From Anaerolineales bacterium (GTDB lineage Bacteria; Chloroflexota; Anaerolineae; Anaerolineales; UBA11579), in contig JAJTXV010000001.1 of the NCBI GenBank assembly GCA_021463845.1, positions 518,174-582,173 of the forward strand: a stretch of DNA of 64,000 bases, in the 5' to 3' direction. The first letter of the stretch is position 1. Each line of letters opens with the position of its first letter. A program made the translations under genes and the position numbers. Under the pieces are notes generated by a model. It ran no database searches. It was not told the origin of the DNA and worked only from the letters and a program-made list of their open reading frames with translations. This document shows positions 41,749 to 51,611 of this stretch, piece after piece.

Positions 41749-43250
41749 GCAGCAAGAACGGGCACTCCAAGGGCGCGGCAGCGCTGGTCATCTTTGGGAT
41801 CACCGGCGACCTGGCGCACCGCAAGCTGGTGCCGGCGCTGTACCAGCTTGCTTTGGATGGCCAGCTACCGCCCGAGACCAGCATCATTGGCGTTGGCCGC
41901 CGCGAGTGGAGCGACGACAAACTTCGTGGCGAGATGCGTGTAGCCATAGAGAAGTTTGCGCGCACTCAACCTGTGGATGAAGCCGCTTTGGAGAGCCTGC
42001 TGGAGCGCATGCAGTACGTGTATGGCGACTTTGCCGAGAAGCCCGGCTATGCGCGCTTGCTGGCCAAGCTGGAAGAGCTGGGTGCCCACAATCGCTTGTA
42101 CTACCTGGCGACCCCGCCCAGCGTATATGACGAGATCATTACCAATCTGGGCGCGGCCAACCTGGCACACAATGAGCGCGGCTGGACCCGCATCATTGTT
42201 GAGAAGCCCTATGGGCACGACCTGGCTTCGGCGCAAGAGCTGGAAACCATCATTCACAATGTGTTCGACGAAGAGCAGATCTTTCGCATTGATCATTATC
42301 TGGGCAAAGAGACGGTGCAGAACATTCTGTTCTTCCGCTTTGCCAACGGCATCTTTGAGCCGCTGTGGAACCGCCGCTATGTGAACTGTGTGCAAATCAC
42401 GGTAGCAGAGACGATCGGCGTGGATGGGCGCGGCGCGTATTTTGACAGCGCCGGAGTCATCCGCGATATTGTGCAGAACCACGCCCTGCAGCTGCTGACC
42501 CTGACAGCGATGGAGTCGCCGGTGGCGTTCAATGCCGACGCGGTGCGCGACGAGAAGGTCAAGGTGCTACGCGCCCTGCGCCCGCTGACGGGCGAGGATG
42601 CGCTGCGCAATACTTTGCGGGCGCAGTATGCGGCCGGCAAGCAAGACGGCAAGCAGGTGGATGCGTATCTGGCGCACGAGGGCGTGGCCAAGGACTCGCA
42701 GACCGAAACTTTCCTGGCTATGCGTGTAGCCATAGACAACTGGCGCTGGGCCGGGGTGCCGTTCTTTATTCGATCGGGCAAGCACCTGGCCGAGCGCGTG
42801 ACTGAGATCGCCATCCAATACCGGCAGGTGCCGCTGGCCTTGTTCGGTGCGCAGAATATGGCAGGCGACGCGCCCAACCGGCTGGTGCTCAACATCCAGC
42901 CGGACGAAGGCATCACGCTGACCTTCGGCGCCAAGGTGCCCGGGCCAAACAACAAGCTCAAGTCGGTCAAGATGGATTTCTCGTATGCCGAGGCGTTCGG
43001 CTCGGCGACGCCGGAAGCCTACGAGCGCTTGCTGCTGGACTGCATGCACGGCGATGCCACGCTGTTTACGCGCAGCGATGAAGTGCTGGAGGCGTGGAAA
43101 TTCATCGACGGGGTCTTGCAGGCTTGGCAAGCACAGCCCAAGCGCAAGCTGCCGCAGTACGCGCCTGGCAGCTGGGGGCCGGGCGAGAACGACAAGTTCA
43201 TCGCCGAGCACGGCCACAGCTGGCGTGAGATGACCCAGGTGCCGGGCTAA
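41745..43250 (+). CDS. zwf: Glucose-6-phosphate 1-dehydrogenase
   Basis: 501 aa. It overlaps gnd as ATGA. Motifs: [30 protein letters not shown]. Confidence 0.92.
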   Translation: MSSKNGHSKGAAALVIFGITGDLAHRKLVPALYQLALDGQLPPETSIIGVGRREWSDDKLRGEMRVAIEKFARTQPVDEAALESLLERMQYVYGDFAEKPGYARLLAKLEELGAHNRLYYLATPPSVYDEIITNLGAANLAHNERGWTRIIVEKPYGHDLASAQELETIIHNVFDEEQIFRIDHYLGKETVQNILFFRFANGIFEPLWNRRYVNCVQITVAETIGVDGRGAYFDSAGVIRDIVQNHALQLLTLTAMESPVAFNADAVRDEKVKVLRALRPLTGEDALRNTLRAQYAAGKQDGKQVDAYLAHEGVAKDSQTETFLAMRVAIDNWRWAGVPFFIRSGKHLAERVTEIAIQYRQVPLALFGAQNMAGDAPNRLVLNIQPDEGITLTFGAKVPGPNNKLKSVKMDFSYAEAFGSATPEAYERLLLDCMHGDATLFTRSDEVLEAWKFIDGVLQAWQAQPKRKLPQYAPGSWGPGENDKFIAEHGHSWREMTQVPG

Positions 43251-43858
43251 GCGAGGCCGAGGGCCTGTAAAAAGATCAGGGTGATGCGAGCGGTCACCCC
43301 CCACAATAATTCGCGATCATATTGAGTGAAGTACACCACGCGCACCGCGGCCCCGTTGGGCGCGGTGCGTTCGCGTTCCTCGCGGTTGGCGGGATCCGCC
43401 AGCCAGGGCAGCGGGATGGTGAAGATGCGCTGCACCTCGCCAGGCTGCGGGTCGAGCTTGATAGGCCAGGGGATCACGCCAACCACGGGTGTGACGCGGT
43501 AGCTGCTGATGGTGATGAAATCTTCCAGGTTGCCAAGCAGGCGCACCTGGTCAGGTGGCAGGTTGACCTCTTCGTGGGCCTCGCGCAGGGCGGCCTGCTC
43601 GGCCTGGGTCTCGCCGGGGTCCCAGCGGCCGCCGGGGAAGGCGACCTGGCCGCTGTGCATGTCGCCCTCGTGGACCGAACGCAGAATGTAGAGCAAGTGC
43701 CACTCATCGTCCTGGCGCAATAGAGGCAGCAGCACGGCGGCTGGCCGCGGCGTGCGCACCTCGTAGCCCTCGTTCATGATGCTGACTAGCGGATCAGCCT
43801 TGCGGGCGGCCAGGCGCTGACGGATCTCGTCTTCGCTGAAATCGGGAATGGTGACCAT
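43247..43858 (-). CDS. NUDIX hydrolase (CoA pyrophosphatase-like)
   Basis: 203 aa. The Nudix box is [31 protein letters not shown]. The preceding AAVLLPL motif is typical of the CoA pyrophosphatase subgroup. Confidence 0.75.
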   Translation of the reverse strand: MVTIPDFSEDEIRQRLAARKADPLVSIMNEGYEVRTPRPAAVLLPLLRQDDEWHLLYILRSVHEGDMHSGQVAFPGGRWDPGETQAEQAALREAHEEVNLPPDQVRLLGNLEDFITISSYRVTPVVGVIPWPIKLDPQPGEVQRIFTIPLPWLADPANREERERTAPNGAAVRVVYFTQYDRELLWGVTARITLIFLQALGLA

Positions 43859-44454
43859 CAGGCGGCTTGTGGGTGCACCACGCTGGCGCAGTAGCGGCAG
43901 CGGGTGGCGCGGCCTGCCGCCAATGGCTCCAGGCTGCCGTGGGCGCCGCAGTAGGGGCAGGTGTCTGGACTGGGAGTGGCGGCGGCCGGCAGTGGCTGGG
44001 GCGTGAGCCCGGCAAGCCAGGAAGCCAGTTCGCTGGCGTGTTGAGGGTGCTGGACGTTGATCTCGGCCAGGTAGCGCTGGCTCTCGGTTTGCAGCAGAGG
44101 CCAGCGTTGCTGGCCAGCCAACTGCTCCAGGCCGCGGCGGGCGTGCTGAATGGAGAGGTCAAGCTGCTCGCCGAGCAAGTAGGCATGAGCAGCTTGCAGG
44201 TATAGCATGGGGACGGGATAGATAATGCTGCGGTCGTGAGCGCGGCCAGCCATATCTTCAAAGATACGGGCCGCGGCAATGTGGTCACCGACGGTCATGA
44301 GGTGATTGGCGCGCTGCAGCTCTTTTTGCTGGCGCGGGTTAAGCGAGCGGCCGGGCACCACCGAGCCGCGCGGGCGGCGCTCCTTGAAGCTTTGCAAGCG
44401 CTCGGCTAGCGGACGGCGCGCATAGGGGAAACGGCGGCGGGGTTTGCCCGGCAT
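43858..44454 (-). CDS. Hypothetical protein with C-terminal zinc ribbon
   Basis: 198 aa. It has a basic N-terminus and ends in CPYCG..16..CRYC. It overlaps both neighbouring genes by 1 nt. Confidence 0.45.
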   Translation of the reverse strand: MPGKPRRRFPYARRPLAERLQSFKERRPRGSVVPGRSLNPRQQKELQRANHLMTVGDHIAAARIFEDMAGRAHDRSIIYPVPMLYLQAAHAYLLGEQLDLSIQHARRGLEQLAGQQRWPLLQTESQRYLAEINVQHPQHASELASWLAGLTPQPLPAAATPSPDTCPYCGAHGSLEPLAAGRATRCRYCASVVHPQAA

Positions 44455-45251
44455 CAGAACTCCGCCTGCAGCCCATCGGCCAGGCGGCGGGCGAATATAA
44501 GGAAGCCGGTGTGGGCCACCATGGTGTCAGCCGGGCGCAGGCGGCCGGCGCTGGCCTTGTAGTAGCGGTGCATGAGCTCCGAGACCTCGACAAAACCAAA
44601 CGAGTGCTGCTTGAGGGCTTCGAGCGCCTTGCTGACCTGGTTGGTGGTGGGCAGTATGCAGCCAAAGAAGCCGCCGGGCTGCAGAGCGGCGCGTACTTGG
44701 GCCAAATAGTCCTCGGGATTGGGCAGGTCGAGAAAGACGGCGGAAATCTGCTGCTCCAGGAAGCCGTCGCCAATATCGTGAAGGTGCAGGGTCACGCGGC
44801 TGTCGAGCCCGAGGTGCTGCAGGTTGCGGCGGGCCATCTCCTGGGCCTTTTCGCGGTTCTCGTAGCTGAAGACGTGGCCATGCTCACCGACCGTGTGGGC
44901 CAGGGCCACCGTGAGCGCGCCGGAACCGGTGCCGGCTTCGATAACCTGAGAGCCTGGGCCAACGCCAAGATTGAGCAATATGTAGCCAATGTCTTTCGGG
45001 TATATGACCTGGCTGGCGCGTTCAATGTCGCGCAGCAGGTCGTCCAGCGCGGGTTGCAGGATAGTGAAGATGGTGCCGAGGTGAGTGCTGATCTGCGTGC
45101 CCCATTCACGGCCGATGATGTCGGCGTGTTGGATGACGCCGTGCATGCTTTGGACGCGTTCGCCCGGCGTGAGCTTGACGGTGAGGGAGTGGCCGCGTGG
45201 GCCGGAGAGGAAGGCCAGATCGCCGGCGCGAGCGGTGGACGAGCTACTCAC
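44454..45251 (-). CDS. trmI: tRNA (adenine58-N1)-methyltransferase
   Basis: ORF 44454..45476. The probable start is GTG 45251. GCD14/TrmI motifs: VIYPKDIGYILLNLGVGPGSQVIEAGTGSGALT, VFLDLPNP. Confidence 0.8.
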   Translation of the reverse strand: MSSSSTARAGDLAFLSGPRGHSLTVKLTPGERVQSMHGVIQHADIIGREWGTQISTHLGTIFTILQPALDDLLRDIERASQVIYPKDIGYILLNLGVGPGSQVIEAGTGSGALTVALAHTVGEHGHVFSYENREKAQEMARRNLQHLGLDSRVTLHLHDIGDGFLEQQISAVFLDLPNPEDYLAQVRAALQPGGFFGCILPTTNQVSKALEALKQHSFGFVEVSELMHRYYKASAGRLRPADTMVAHTGFLIFARRLADGLQAEF

Positions 45252-45510
45252 GCGGCTGCACCACGAAGACCCAGTGCCCGGCGAACAGCGCGGCCAGGCT
45301 GGCCAGCACGGCAATGCCCAGGTAGAGCGGGCCGAGGCGGAACAGCGTCCAGCCCATTTGCTGGGCGGCGAGGTGGCCGCCCCAGAAGCCAGCCCAGGCC
45401 AGGCCGAGGTAGAGCAGCAAGCGCCCCATGCCGCCGCCGCGCCAGAGGTGAAAGGCTGCACCGAACAGGGTGGCAATGGTTGCGCCGAGGACGAATGAAG
45501 GCAGGGTCAT
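45244..45510 (-). CDS. Small membrane protein (3 TM)
   Basis: 88 aa and strongly hydrophobic. It is first in the trmI operon. Confidence 0.5.
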   Translation of the reverse strand: MTLPSFVLGATIATLFGAAFHLWRGGGMGRLLLYLGLAWAGFWGGHLAAQQMGWTLFRLGPLYLGIAVLASLAALFAGHWVFVVQPRE

Positions 45511-45521
45511 TGGAACTTATT

Positions 45522-45604
45522 CCACAGATGAACGCGGATGCTTTAGGGATGAAATCAGATAACCATATCAGCTTTATCGGTTTTGTATCTGTGTTCATCT
45601 GTGG
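45522..45604. repeat. CCACAGATGAAC... repeat element (inverted pair, about 83 bp)
   Basis: ccacagatgaacgcggatg lies at 45522-45540. The reverse complement of ccacagatgaacacagata lies at 45586-45604. Confidence 0.85.
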
Positions 45605-46685
45605 ATTCTGTAGTTTTCGCGGCTATCAGCCCGCCGCCCAAGACTTCGCCATCCTTGTAGACCACGGCCGCCTGGCCGGGCGTGATGTCGCGCAACGGCT
45701 GGGCGAAGTCCATGATGGCGCGGCCATCGGCCAGCGGAGTGACGCGGGCGGGCGCCTTGCGGGCACTGTAGCGGATCTTGACCTCGGCCTCGAAGGGCTG
45801 GCTGGGCGCCTGCTCGCTGACCCAGTGCATCGGCTCGGTGGTGAGTTGGGTGCCGCCCAGCTCGTCTTGTGTGCCGACCACCAGCTGGTTGCTGGCGGTG
45901 TCTTTGGCGATGACATACAGCGGCTGGGCAGCCGGGATGCCGAGGCCCTTGCGCTGGCCGATGGTGTAGCTGGCCAGTCCCTCGTGTTGGCCCAGCGGTT
46001 GGCCGGAGGTATTGACGATGGCGCCAGGCTGAATGAGCTGTGGTTGGTAGCGGTGGAGGAAGTCGCGATAGTCCTGCCCAGCGAGAAAGCACAGGTCCAT
46101 GCTCTCTTTGGAGGTGGCGGCCGGGAGGTTGAGCTCGGCGGCGATGGCGCGCACTTGCGGTTTGGTCAGCTCACCCAGCGGGAAGAGGGCGTGCTGCAGC
46201 TTAGCCTGGTTGAGCACATGCAGGACGTAAGACTGGTCCTTGTGGGTATCGACGGCTTCGAACAGGCGCACAGGCTCATTGGCGTTGCGGGTGAGGCGGA
46301 CGTAGTGGCCAGTGGCCATATAGTCAGCGCCGAGGGCCAGGGCGCGGTTTAGCAAAAACTCCCAGCGGATCTGACGATTGCAGGCTAGGCAGGGGTTGGG
46401 CGTGCCGCCCGTGGCGTAGCCATCCAGGAAATACTTGACGACCACATCGTGAAAGTTGTCCTGGGCGTTGACGGCGTAGAAGGGGATGCCCAGCTGGCCT
46501 GCGACGCGGCGGGCGACGCTCATGGCAGCGGGCGTACAGCAGCGGTTGCTGGCCTCGCGGCCGGGCTCGCTCCATAGGCGCAGCATCATGCCAATGACTT
46601 CGTAGCCTTGCTGCTGGAGCAAGGCGGCGGCAACGGAGCTGTCGACTCCGCCGCTCATGGCGACGACAACTTTGCCCTTGCTCAT
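45555..46685 (-). CDS. mnmA: tRNA 2-thiouridine(34) synthase
   Basis: 376 aa. It has the PP-loop VVVAMSGGVDSSVAA plus CC..A and GHY motifs. The last ~17 codons run into the repeat element. Confidence 0.9.
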   Translation of the reverse strand: MSKGKVVVAMSGGVDSSVAAALLQQQGYEVIGMMLRLWSEPGREASNRCCTPAAMSVARRVAGQLGIPFYAVNAQDNFHDVVVKYFLDGYATGGTPNPCLACNRQIRWEFLLNRALALGADYMATGHYVRLTRNANEPVRLFEAVDTHKDQSYVLHVLNQAKLQHALFPLGELTKPQVRAIAAELNLPAATSKESMDLCFLAGQDYRDFLHRYQPQLIQPGAIVNTSGQPLGQHEGLASYTIGQRKGLGIPAAQPLYVIAKDTASNQLVVGTQDELGGTQLTTEPMHWVSEQAPSQPFEAEVKIRYSARKAPARVTPLADGRAIMDFAQPLRDITPGQAAVVYKDGEVLGGGLIAAKTTESTDEHRYKTDKADMVI

Positions 46686-46699
46686 GCGAAATCCTTAAG

Positions 46700-46781
46700 C
46701 CGCAGATGTGCGTGGCTTCGCCACGCCGCAGATAAACGCTGATGTGAGCTTTTATCTGTGTTCATCTGTGTTTATCCGCGG
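46700..46781. repeat. CCGCAGAT.../CCACAGATGAAC... repeat element
   Basis: The sequence is ccgcagatgtgcgtggcttcgccacgccgcagataaacgctgatg, followed at 46752-46781 by the reverse complement of ccgcggataaacacagatgaacacagataa. Confidence 0.85.
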
Positions 46782-47952
46782 CATTAATTTCTAAGTTGCC
46801 TTCAAGAGCTCGAGCCCGTTCGACCAAACTGGGCAGGGCGGTGAGGAGCGCGTCGACATTGGCTGGGGTGGTGTGCTTGCCCAGCGTGATGCGCAGGGAG
46901 CCTGCGGCCCACTCCGGGGTGATGCCCATGGCGAGCAGGACCTCACTGGGTTGCGGGTCGCCGGTCTTGCAGGCCGAGCCGGAGGAGCAAGCGAAGCCGG
47001 CATCATCCAGCAGCATGAGGAGTGCGTTGCCATCCACACCCTTGAATACGAAGCTGGCATGGTTGGGGAGACGCTGGGCTGGGTGGCCGGTCAATTGTGA
47101 AGCGGAGATCTCCAGAACTTTAGAAATGATGCGGTCGCGCAGTCTAACTAGCTGACTGGTGGTTTGGTCAACTTCCGATTGGGCCAGCTCGAAGGCTTCA
47201 GCCAGGCCGACGATGTAGGGCACATTGTGGGTGCCGGCGCGCAGGCCTGATTCGTGGCTGCCGCCGGTTTGGATGGGCAGCAGGGGAGTGCCGGCGCGCC
47301 GGTACAGCAGGCCGACGCCCTTCGGGCCGTAGAGTTTGTGGGCGCCCAGGCTGAGCAGGTCAATGCCCAGATCGTTCACATTGAGCGGCCGATAGGCCGG
47401 GGCCTGGATGGCATCGCTATGCAGCAGCACGCCGCGCTCGCGGCAGATGGCGGCGATCTCGCTGATGGGGTTGATGGTGCCAATTTCGTTATTGGCCAGA
47501 ATCACCGAGACCAACGCAGTGTCCGCAGTAAGCAGGCGGGCCACGTCTTGCGGGTGCACCATGCCATATTCGTCGACGGGCAGGCGCACCAACTCGAAGC
47601 CGAACTCGGTCGCCAGCTGCTCGGCGGTGCGAGCTACGGCGGAGTGCTCGACGGGGCTGACCAGCAGGCGGTTGGCGCCACGCTGGCGGCGGGCGGCCAG
47701 GGCTGCGCCGCGCAGGGCCAGGTTGTTGCTCTCGGTGCCGCCGGAGGTGAACACGAGCTCCTCCGGCTGGCAGCCTAAAGCGGCGGCCAGCCGGCCGCGG
47801 GCGCTCTCCACGGCGGCTTCGGCGCGCTGGCCGTAACCGTGGACCGAGGACGGATTGCCGAACTCGGTCTCGAAGTAAGGCTGCATAGCGGCCCAAACGC
47901 GCGGGTCGAGCGGAGTGGTGGCGGCGTAGTCAAAATAGTTCTGCGCGCTCAT
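46762..47952 (-). CDS. Cysteine desulfurase (IscS/NifS class V aminotransferase)
   Basis: ORF 46762..47988, with the start at ATG 47952 (MSAQNYFDYAATTPLDP). Motifs: GFELV, SLGAHKLYGPKG, SSGSACK. It is adjacent to mnmA. Confidence 0.88.
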   Translation of the reverse strand: MSAQNYFDYAATTPLDPRVWAAMQPYFETEFGNPSSVHGYGQRAEAAVESARGRLAAALGCQPEELVFTSGGTESNNLALRGAALAARRQRGANRLLVSPVEHSAVARTAEQLATEFGFELVRLPVDEYGMVHPQDVARLLTADTALVSVILANNEIGTINPISEIAAICRERGVLLHSDAIQAPAYRPLNVNDLGIDLLSLGAHKLYGPKGVGLLYRRAGTPLLPIQTGGSHESGLRAGTHNVPYIVGLAEAFELAQSEVDQTTSQLVRLRDRIISKVLEISASQLTGHPAQRLPNHASFVFKGVDGNALLMLLDDAGFACSSGSACKTGDPQPSEVLLAMGITPEWAAGSLRITLGKHTTPANVDALLTALPSLVERARALEGNLEINAADKHR

Positions 47953-47984
47953 GACAGCGTGATTATAGCGGGTGCAGGAATTGT

Positions 47985-48015
47985 CCACAGATGAACACAG
48001 ATACCGCAGATGCAG
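47985..48015 (+). repeat. CCACAGATGAACACAGATA repeat copy
   Basis: ccacagatgaacacagataccgcagatgcag, read directly from the sequence. Confidence 0.85.
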
Positions 48016-48036
48016 TGCTGTGCGAATGCAGAGTTT

Positions 48037-50058
48037 CTATTCCAACACTAGTTCGCGGACGTGGATGTGATAGCCGTTGGCTGGCTCAGGCGAGAGGTCT
48101 TTGATCTCGATGTGCAGGATGCGCAGGCCAGATTCGTTGGCGGGTAGTTCAAGGCTGACGGTGGGGTCCGAAGGCAAGTTACTGTAGTTCTGCTTGATGT
48201 CGTGCAGGCTGCCATCCTCGTAGGTGAGAAAGAGGCTGACTTCAAACTCGTGTAAGCCTGCCAGAGTCAGCTGCAGGCTGCGAGCCTGGCGGGCAGGCTC
48301 AAACTCGAACTCAATGACCAACGGGTTGGCGCCCGCGCCGCGCATCAGCGAGTCAAAGTTGCCATCCAACACGTCCTCAATGCGCCCGCTATCCAGGCTG
48401 GAGTAGTGCACCAGGGCCTGACCATGCCAATCCACCCATTGGCTTTCGAGACCGACGACCGGCTCGATCACGCGCAAGCCTTGCACGGGCGCGGCGTGGA
48501 ACATGGGCAGGCCGGCGCGGCTGGTGAAGAGCTGGGCGGGGAAGCGTTCGGCGCAGGCTTCCAACTGGGCGGCGGGCAGGCTTTCGCGATAACTCCAGAT
48601 GATCACTGCCGGGCCTTGCAGCGTGGCTTCCAGAGCGGTGCAGCTCAACTCGTCTGCTTGGATGTGGTGAAAATTCGCCGGGCGGTCCATCTCATCATGA
48701 ATGCTGATCGGCTCAGGCATGCTGGACTCCCAACAGCAGCCCACAAGATAAACCTGAGTGTTGTCGGGCAGCAGATTGGCGTAATCGGTAATGTGGCGAG
48801 CGATGGGCGTATTGCGGTACGGCAGCCCGTTGATATAGGCGCCAAAGTAGCCAATGAGATTCAGGGCGGCAATGGTAGCCACCAGCAGCACCAGGATGGC
48901 TGTGGCAGTAACTTTGCTAAGGCGGGTGCGCAGCCACAGGCCCAGCTGCCACAGACCGCTGGCGACGAAGAGATAAGCCAGCGGCGCCGCGCCAATGGTG
49001 CGGGTGGCCGAGGGCACCTCTGTGCTGTTGGCTACGACCAACATGGAGGGCACGTGCATGAGCAGGAAGATGATGAGCAGGATCATGCCTTCACGGCGGC
49101 GCGGCTGGCGCAGCCAGAACACTATGCCCAACAGGAAGAAGACCCCACTGATGACATCGAGATGCGGGCGGTGGGCGATGTTGACACGGCTGATGCTGTC
49201 GCCCCGGATGTTGTAGGCGGCCAGCGCCTTCAAGCCATTCTGGGCCATCTGCCACAGGCCGGCCGCGCTGAGCTCGAACTTGCCGCCCAGGTAACCTTCT
49301 GAAGTAAAGGCGACTGCGTTCTGGGAGACGATCCAAGCGTAGGGAAGCGCGAGAATCAGAAGGAGAGCGATCACGCGCAGCCAGTCCGCAGCAGGCGGCC
49401 TTGGCGCGCTGAAGTGAAGCAGCAGCATGGCCAGCAGCAAGGCAGCCGGCAGTAGGTAGGCGCCGGGGTAGGTATAAAGGCCGAGGATGGAAACGACCGC
49501 GGCCCACAGCAGGTAGCGGCGCTGCGGCTGCTGGATGTAGCAGACCAGCAGCCAGGCCAAGGCGGCGGCGAGCAGCGGCACCACGATGGGCACGTTGCCG
49601 AGACGGCTGTGGATGAGCAGCCAGTATGAGATGCCAGCGATGAAAGTGGCCAGGGTTGCGAACAGCGGGCCAAGCAGCCGGCGGGCAAGGGCATAGGTGA
49701 AAGCCAGCGCGCCAAGACTGATAAGTACCGAAGTCAGCTTGAGGCTGAGGTAGTTCAGGCCGAGGGCCAAAGCGGCCGGCGCGGCGAGATAGTGGAAGAG
49801 CGGGCCAGTGCTGAGCGGAATGTAGAAGGGCCAGCGGCCGTGAACGATGTCCCAAACGTAGATGGTAGCGGTGCTGATATCGCCAAACACTTCGGCTTGC
49901 AGGTGCTCAAGGTTCCAGAAGCGCACCGCCAGCACGGCCAGCAGCATGCCCCAGAAGGCCAGAGTGGCCAGCTGGGGCGCGGCGGCCTGCAGGCGGGTGG
50001 AGAGGGCAGGTTTGGTGCTTCGTTTGGCTCTTTTAGCCGGGCGTTTGGCGGCGCTCAT
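48037..50058 (-). CDS. Membrane glycosyltransferase (GT39/GT83, ArnT/PMT-like) with C-terminal beta-rich domain
   Basis: 673 aa. About 12 TM helices follow a basic N-terminus, as in dolichyl/undecaprenyl-phosphate sugar transferases. The ~230-aa soluble C-terminal domain ends in a jelly-roll-like segment. Confidence 0.6.
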   Translation of the reverse strand: MSAAKRPAKRAKRSTKPALSTRLQAAAPQLATLAFWGMLLAVLAVRFWNLEHLQAEVFGDISTATIYVWDIVHGRWPFYIPLSTGPLFHYLAAPAALALGLNYLSLKLTSVLISLGALAFTYALARRLLGPLFATLATFIAGISYWLLIHSRLGNVPIVVPLLAAALAWLLVCYIQQPQRRYLLWAAVVSILGLYTYPGAYLLPAALLLAMLLLHFSAPRPPAADWLRVIALLLILALPYAWIVSQNAVAFTSEGYLGGKFELSAAGLWQMAQNGLKALAAYNIRGDSISRVNIAHRPHLDVISGVFFLLGIVFWLRQPRRREGMILLIIFLLMHVPSMLVVANSTEVPSATRTIGAAPLAYLFVASGLWQLGLWLRTRLSKVTATAILVLLVATIAALNLIGYFGAYINGLPYRNTPIARHITDYANLLPDNTQVYLVGCCWESSMPEPISIHDEMDRPANFHHIQADELSCTALEATLQGPAVIIWSYRESLPAAQLEACAERFPAQLFTSRAGLPMFHAAPVQGLRVIEPVVGLESQWVDWHGQALVHYSSLDSGRIEDVLDGNFDSLMRGAGANPLVIEFEFEPARQARSLQLTLAGLHEFEVSLFLTYEDGSLHDIKQNYSNLPSDPTVSLELPANESGLRILHIEIKDLSPEPANGYHIHVRELVLE

Positions 50059-50114
50059 CCCGCTGAGTATACGAGAAAGCTGTGTATGGAGTGATGCCTA
50101 TGCAACTCGATGCT

Positions 50115-50142
50115 TTGAGTTCTGCGGGCCATCTGCTATAAT
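50115..50142 (+). promoter_or_regulatory. Possible promoter of the phosphoglucomutase-family gene
   Basis: TTGAGT (50115-50120), a 16-nt spacer, then TATAAT (50137-50142). Confidence 0.35.
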
Positions 50143-50182
50143 CAGCTTGTACTAAAAATCACATTTACAAGGGACTTGCTGC

Positions 50183-51607
50183 ATGGCCAAAGATATTCGC
50201 TTTGGAACAGATGGGTGGCGGGGGGTGATCGCCAAGGATTACACATTTGACGCTGTGCAGCGCGCGGCCCAGGGGTATGCAACCTACATCAAGAACCACA
50301 ACAAGGCCGCTATGGGCGTTGTGGTGGGGTATGACAAGCGCTTTCATTCTGAGAACTTTGCTGCCACGGTGGCCAGCGTGCTGGCCGGTAATGGCATCAA
50401 AGCCTGGCTGACCAAGGAAGCCACGCCCACGCCGGTGATCGCCTACGCGGTGCTGACCCAGAAGGCAGGCGGGGCGATCAACATCACCGCATCGCACAAC
50501 CCGCCGACCGATAATGGCTTCAAAGTGCGCGACGAGAACGGCGGGGCGATCGACCCTGAAGGTCTGGCCGAGATCGAAGCGGCCATCCCCGATACTGCCG
50601 CCGGCGTGAGCAGCATGGACTTTGAGGATGCCCAGGCGGCGGGCCTGATCGAGATCTTTGATGCCGCGCCCAAATATATTGAGCATTTGCACAAACTGAT
50701 CGATGTGCAGCCGATCAAGGATGCAGGTTTCACCGTGATGGTTGACACCATGTGGGGCAACGGCGCCGGCTGGTTCCCGCGCCTGTTGGCCGGCGGCAAG
50801 ACGCGCGTGCTGGAGATCCACAATGAGCGCAACCCCATCTATCCGGAGATGGAGCGCCCGGAGCCGATCCAGCCGAATGTGGATGCAGGCCTGGCGGCGA
50901 CGGTGGCCAACAAGGCTGACGTGCTGCTGATCACGGACGGCGACGCCGACCGCATGGGCCTGGGTGACGAGAAGGGCCAATTCATTGACCAACTGCGCGC
51001 CTACGGTCTGCTGGCGTACTACCTGCTGGAAGTGCGCGGCGAGCGCGGCCCGATCGTGAAGACTCTCTCCACCACCACCATGCTGAACAAGCTCGGCAAG
51101 CTGTACGATGTGCCGGTGTACGACACTGGTGTGGGCTTCAAGTATGTGGCGCCCAAGATGATGGAAGTGGATGCCATGATCGGCGGTGAGGAATCTGGCG
51201 GATATGCGTTCCGCGGCAATGTGCCGGAGCGCGACGGCATTCTGGCGGGGCTGTATGTGCTCGACATGATGGTCAAGCTCAACAAGAAGCCGACCGAACT
51301 GATCGAGTGGTTGTTTGCCAAAGTTGGCGCGCACTACTATGACCGCATTGACAGCCTGTTTGAAGGCGATCGCGCCGCGGTGGAGAAGCAGATTGTGGAC
51401 GCCAAACCGGCCACCCTTGGCGGGCTCAAGGTCACCAGCCTGGATACTACGGATGGCTTCAAGTTCAATCTGGAGGACGGCGGCTGGCTGCTGGTGCGCT
51501 TCTCGGGCACGGAGCCCAAGATCCGCGTGTATACCGAGACCACGCATGGCGATAAAGTGCAGGCCATTTTGCAAGATGGCTTGCGCACAGCAGGCATTGC
51601 GCAGTAA
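50183..51607 (+). CDS. Phosphoglucomutase/phosphomannomutase family protein
   Basis: 474 aa. It has the active-site loop [15 protein letters not shown], the metal loop DGDADR, and GGEESGG. Confidence 0.88.
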   Translation: MAKDIRFGTDGWRGVIAKDYTFDAVQRAAQGYATYIKNHNKAAMGVVVGYDKRFHSENFAATVASVLAGNGIKAWLTKEATPTPVIAYAVLTQKAGGAINITASHNPPTDNGFKVRDENGGAIDPEGLAEIEAAIPDTAAGVSSMDFEDAQAAGLIEIFDAAPKYIEHLHKLIDVQPIKDAGFTVMVDTMWGNGAGWFPRLLAGGKTRVLEIHNERNPIYPEMERPEPIQPNVDAGLAATVANKADVLLITDGDADRMGLGDEKGQFIDQLRAYGLLAYYLLEVRGERGPIVKTLSTTTMLNKLGKLYDVPVYDTGVGFKYVAPKMMEVDAMIGGEESGGYAFRGNVPERDGILAGLYVLDMMVKLNKKPTELIEWLFAKVGAHYYDRIDSLFEGDRAAVEKQIVDAKPATLGGLKVTSLDTTDGFKFNLEDGGWLLVRFSGTEPKIRVYTETTHGDKVQAILQDGLRTAGIAQ

Positions 51608-51611
51608 ATGA

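Noticed and set aside
40837-43250. Missing pgl/opcA after zwf, considered as an anomaly.
   Set aside because: Many bacteria encode 6-phosphogluconolactonase elsewhere or lack opcA. Absence from a 64-kb window is not evidence of absence from the genome.
45522-46781. CRISPR array interpretation of the recurring CCACAGATGAAC and CATTGCGAGG repeats.
   Set aside because: The copies are few and occur in both orientations at irregular spacing, separated by genes rather than by uniform spacers. No cas genes are present.
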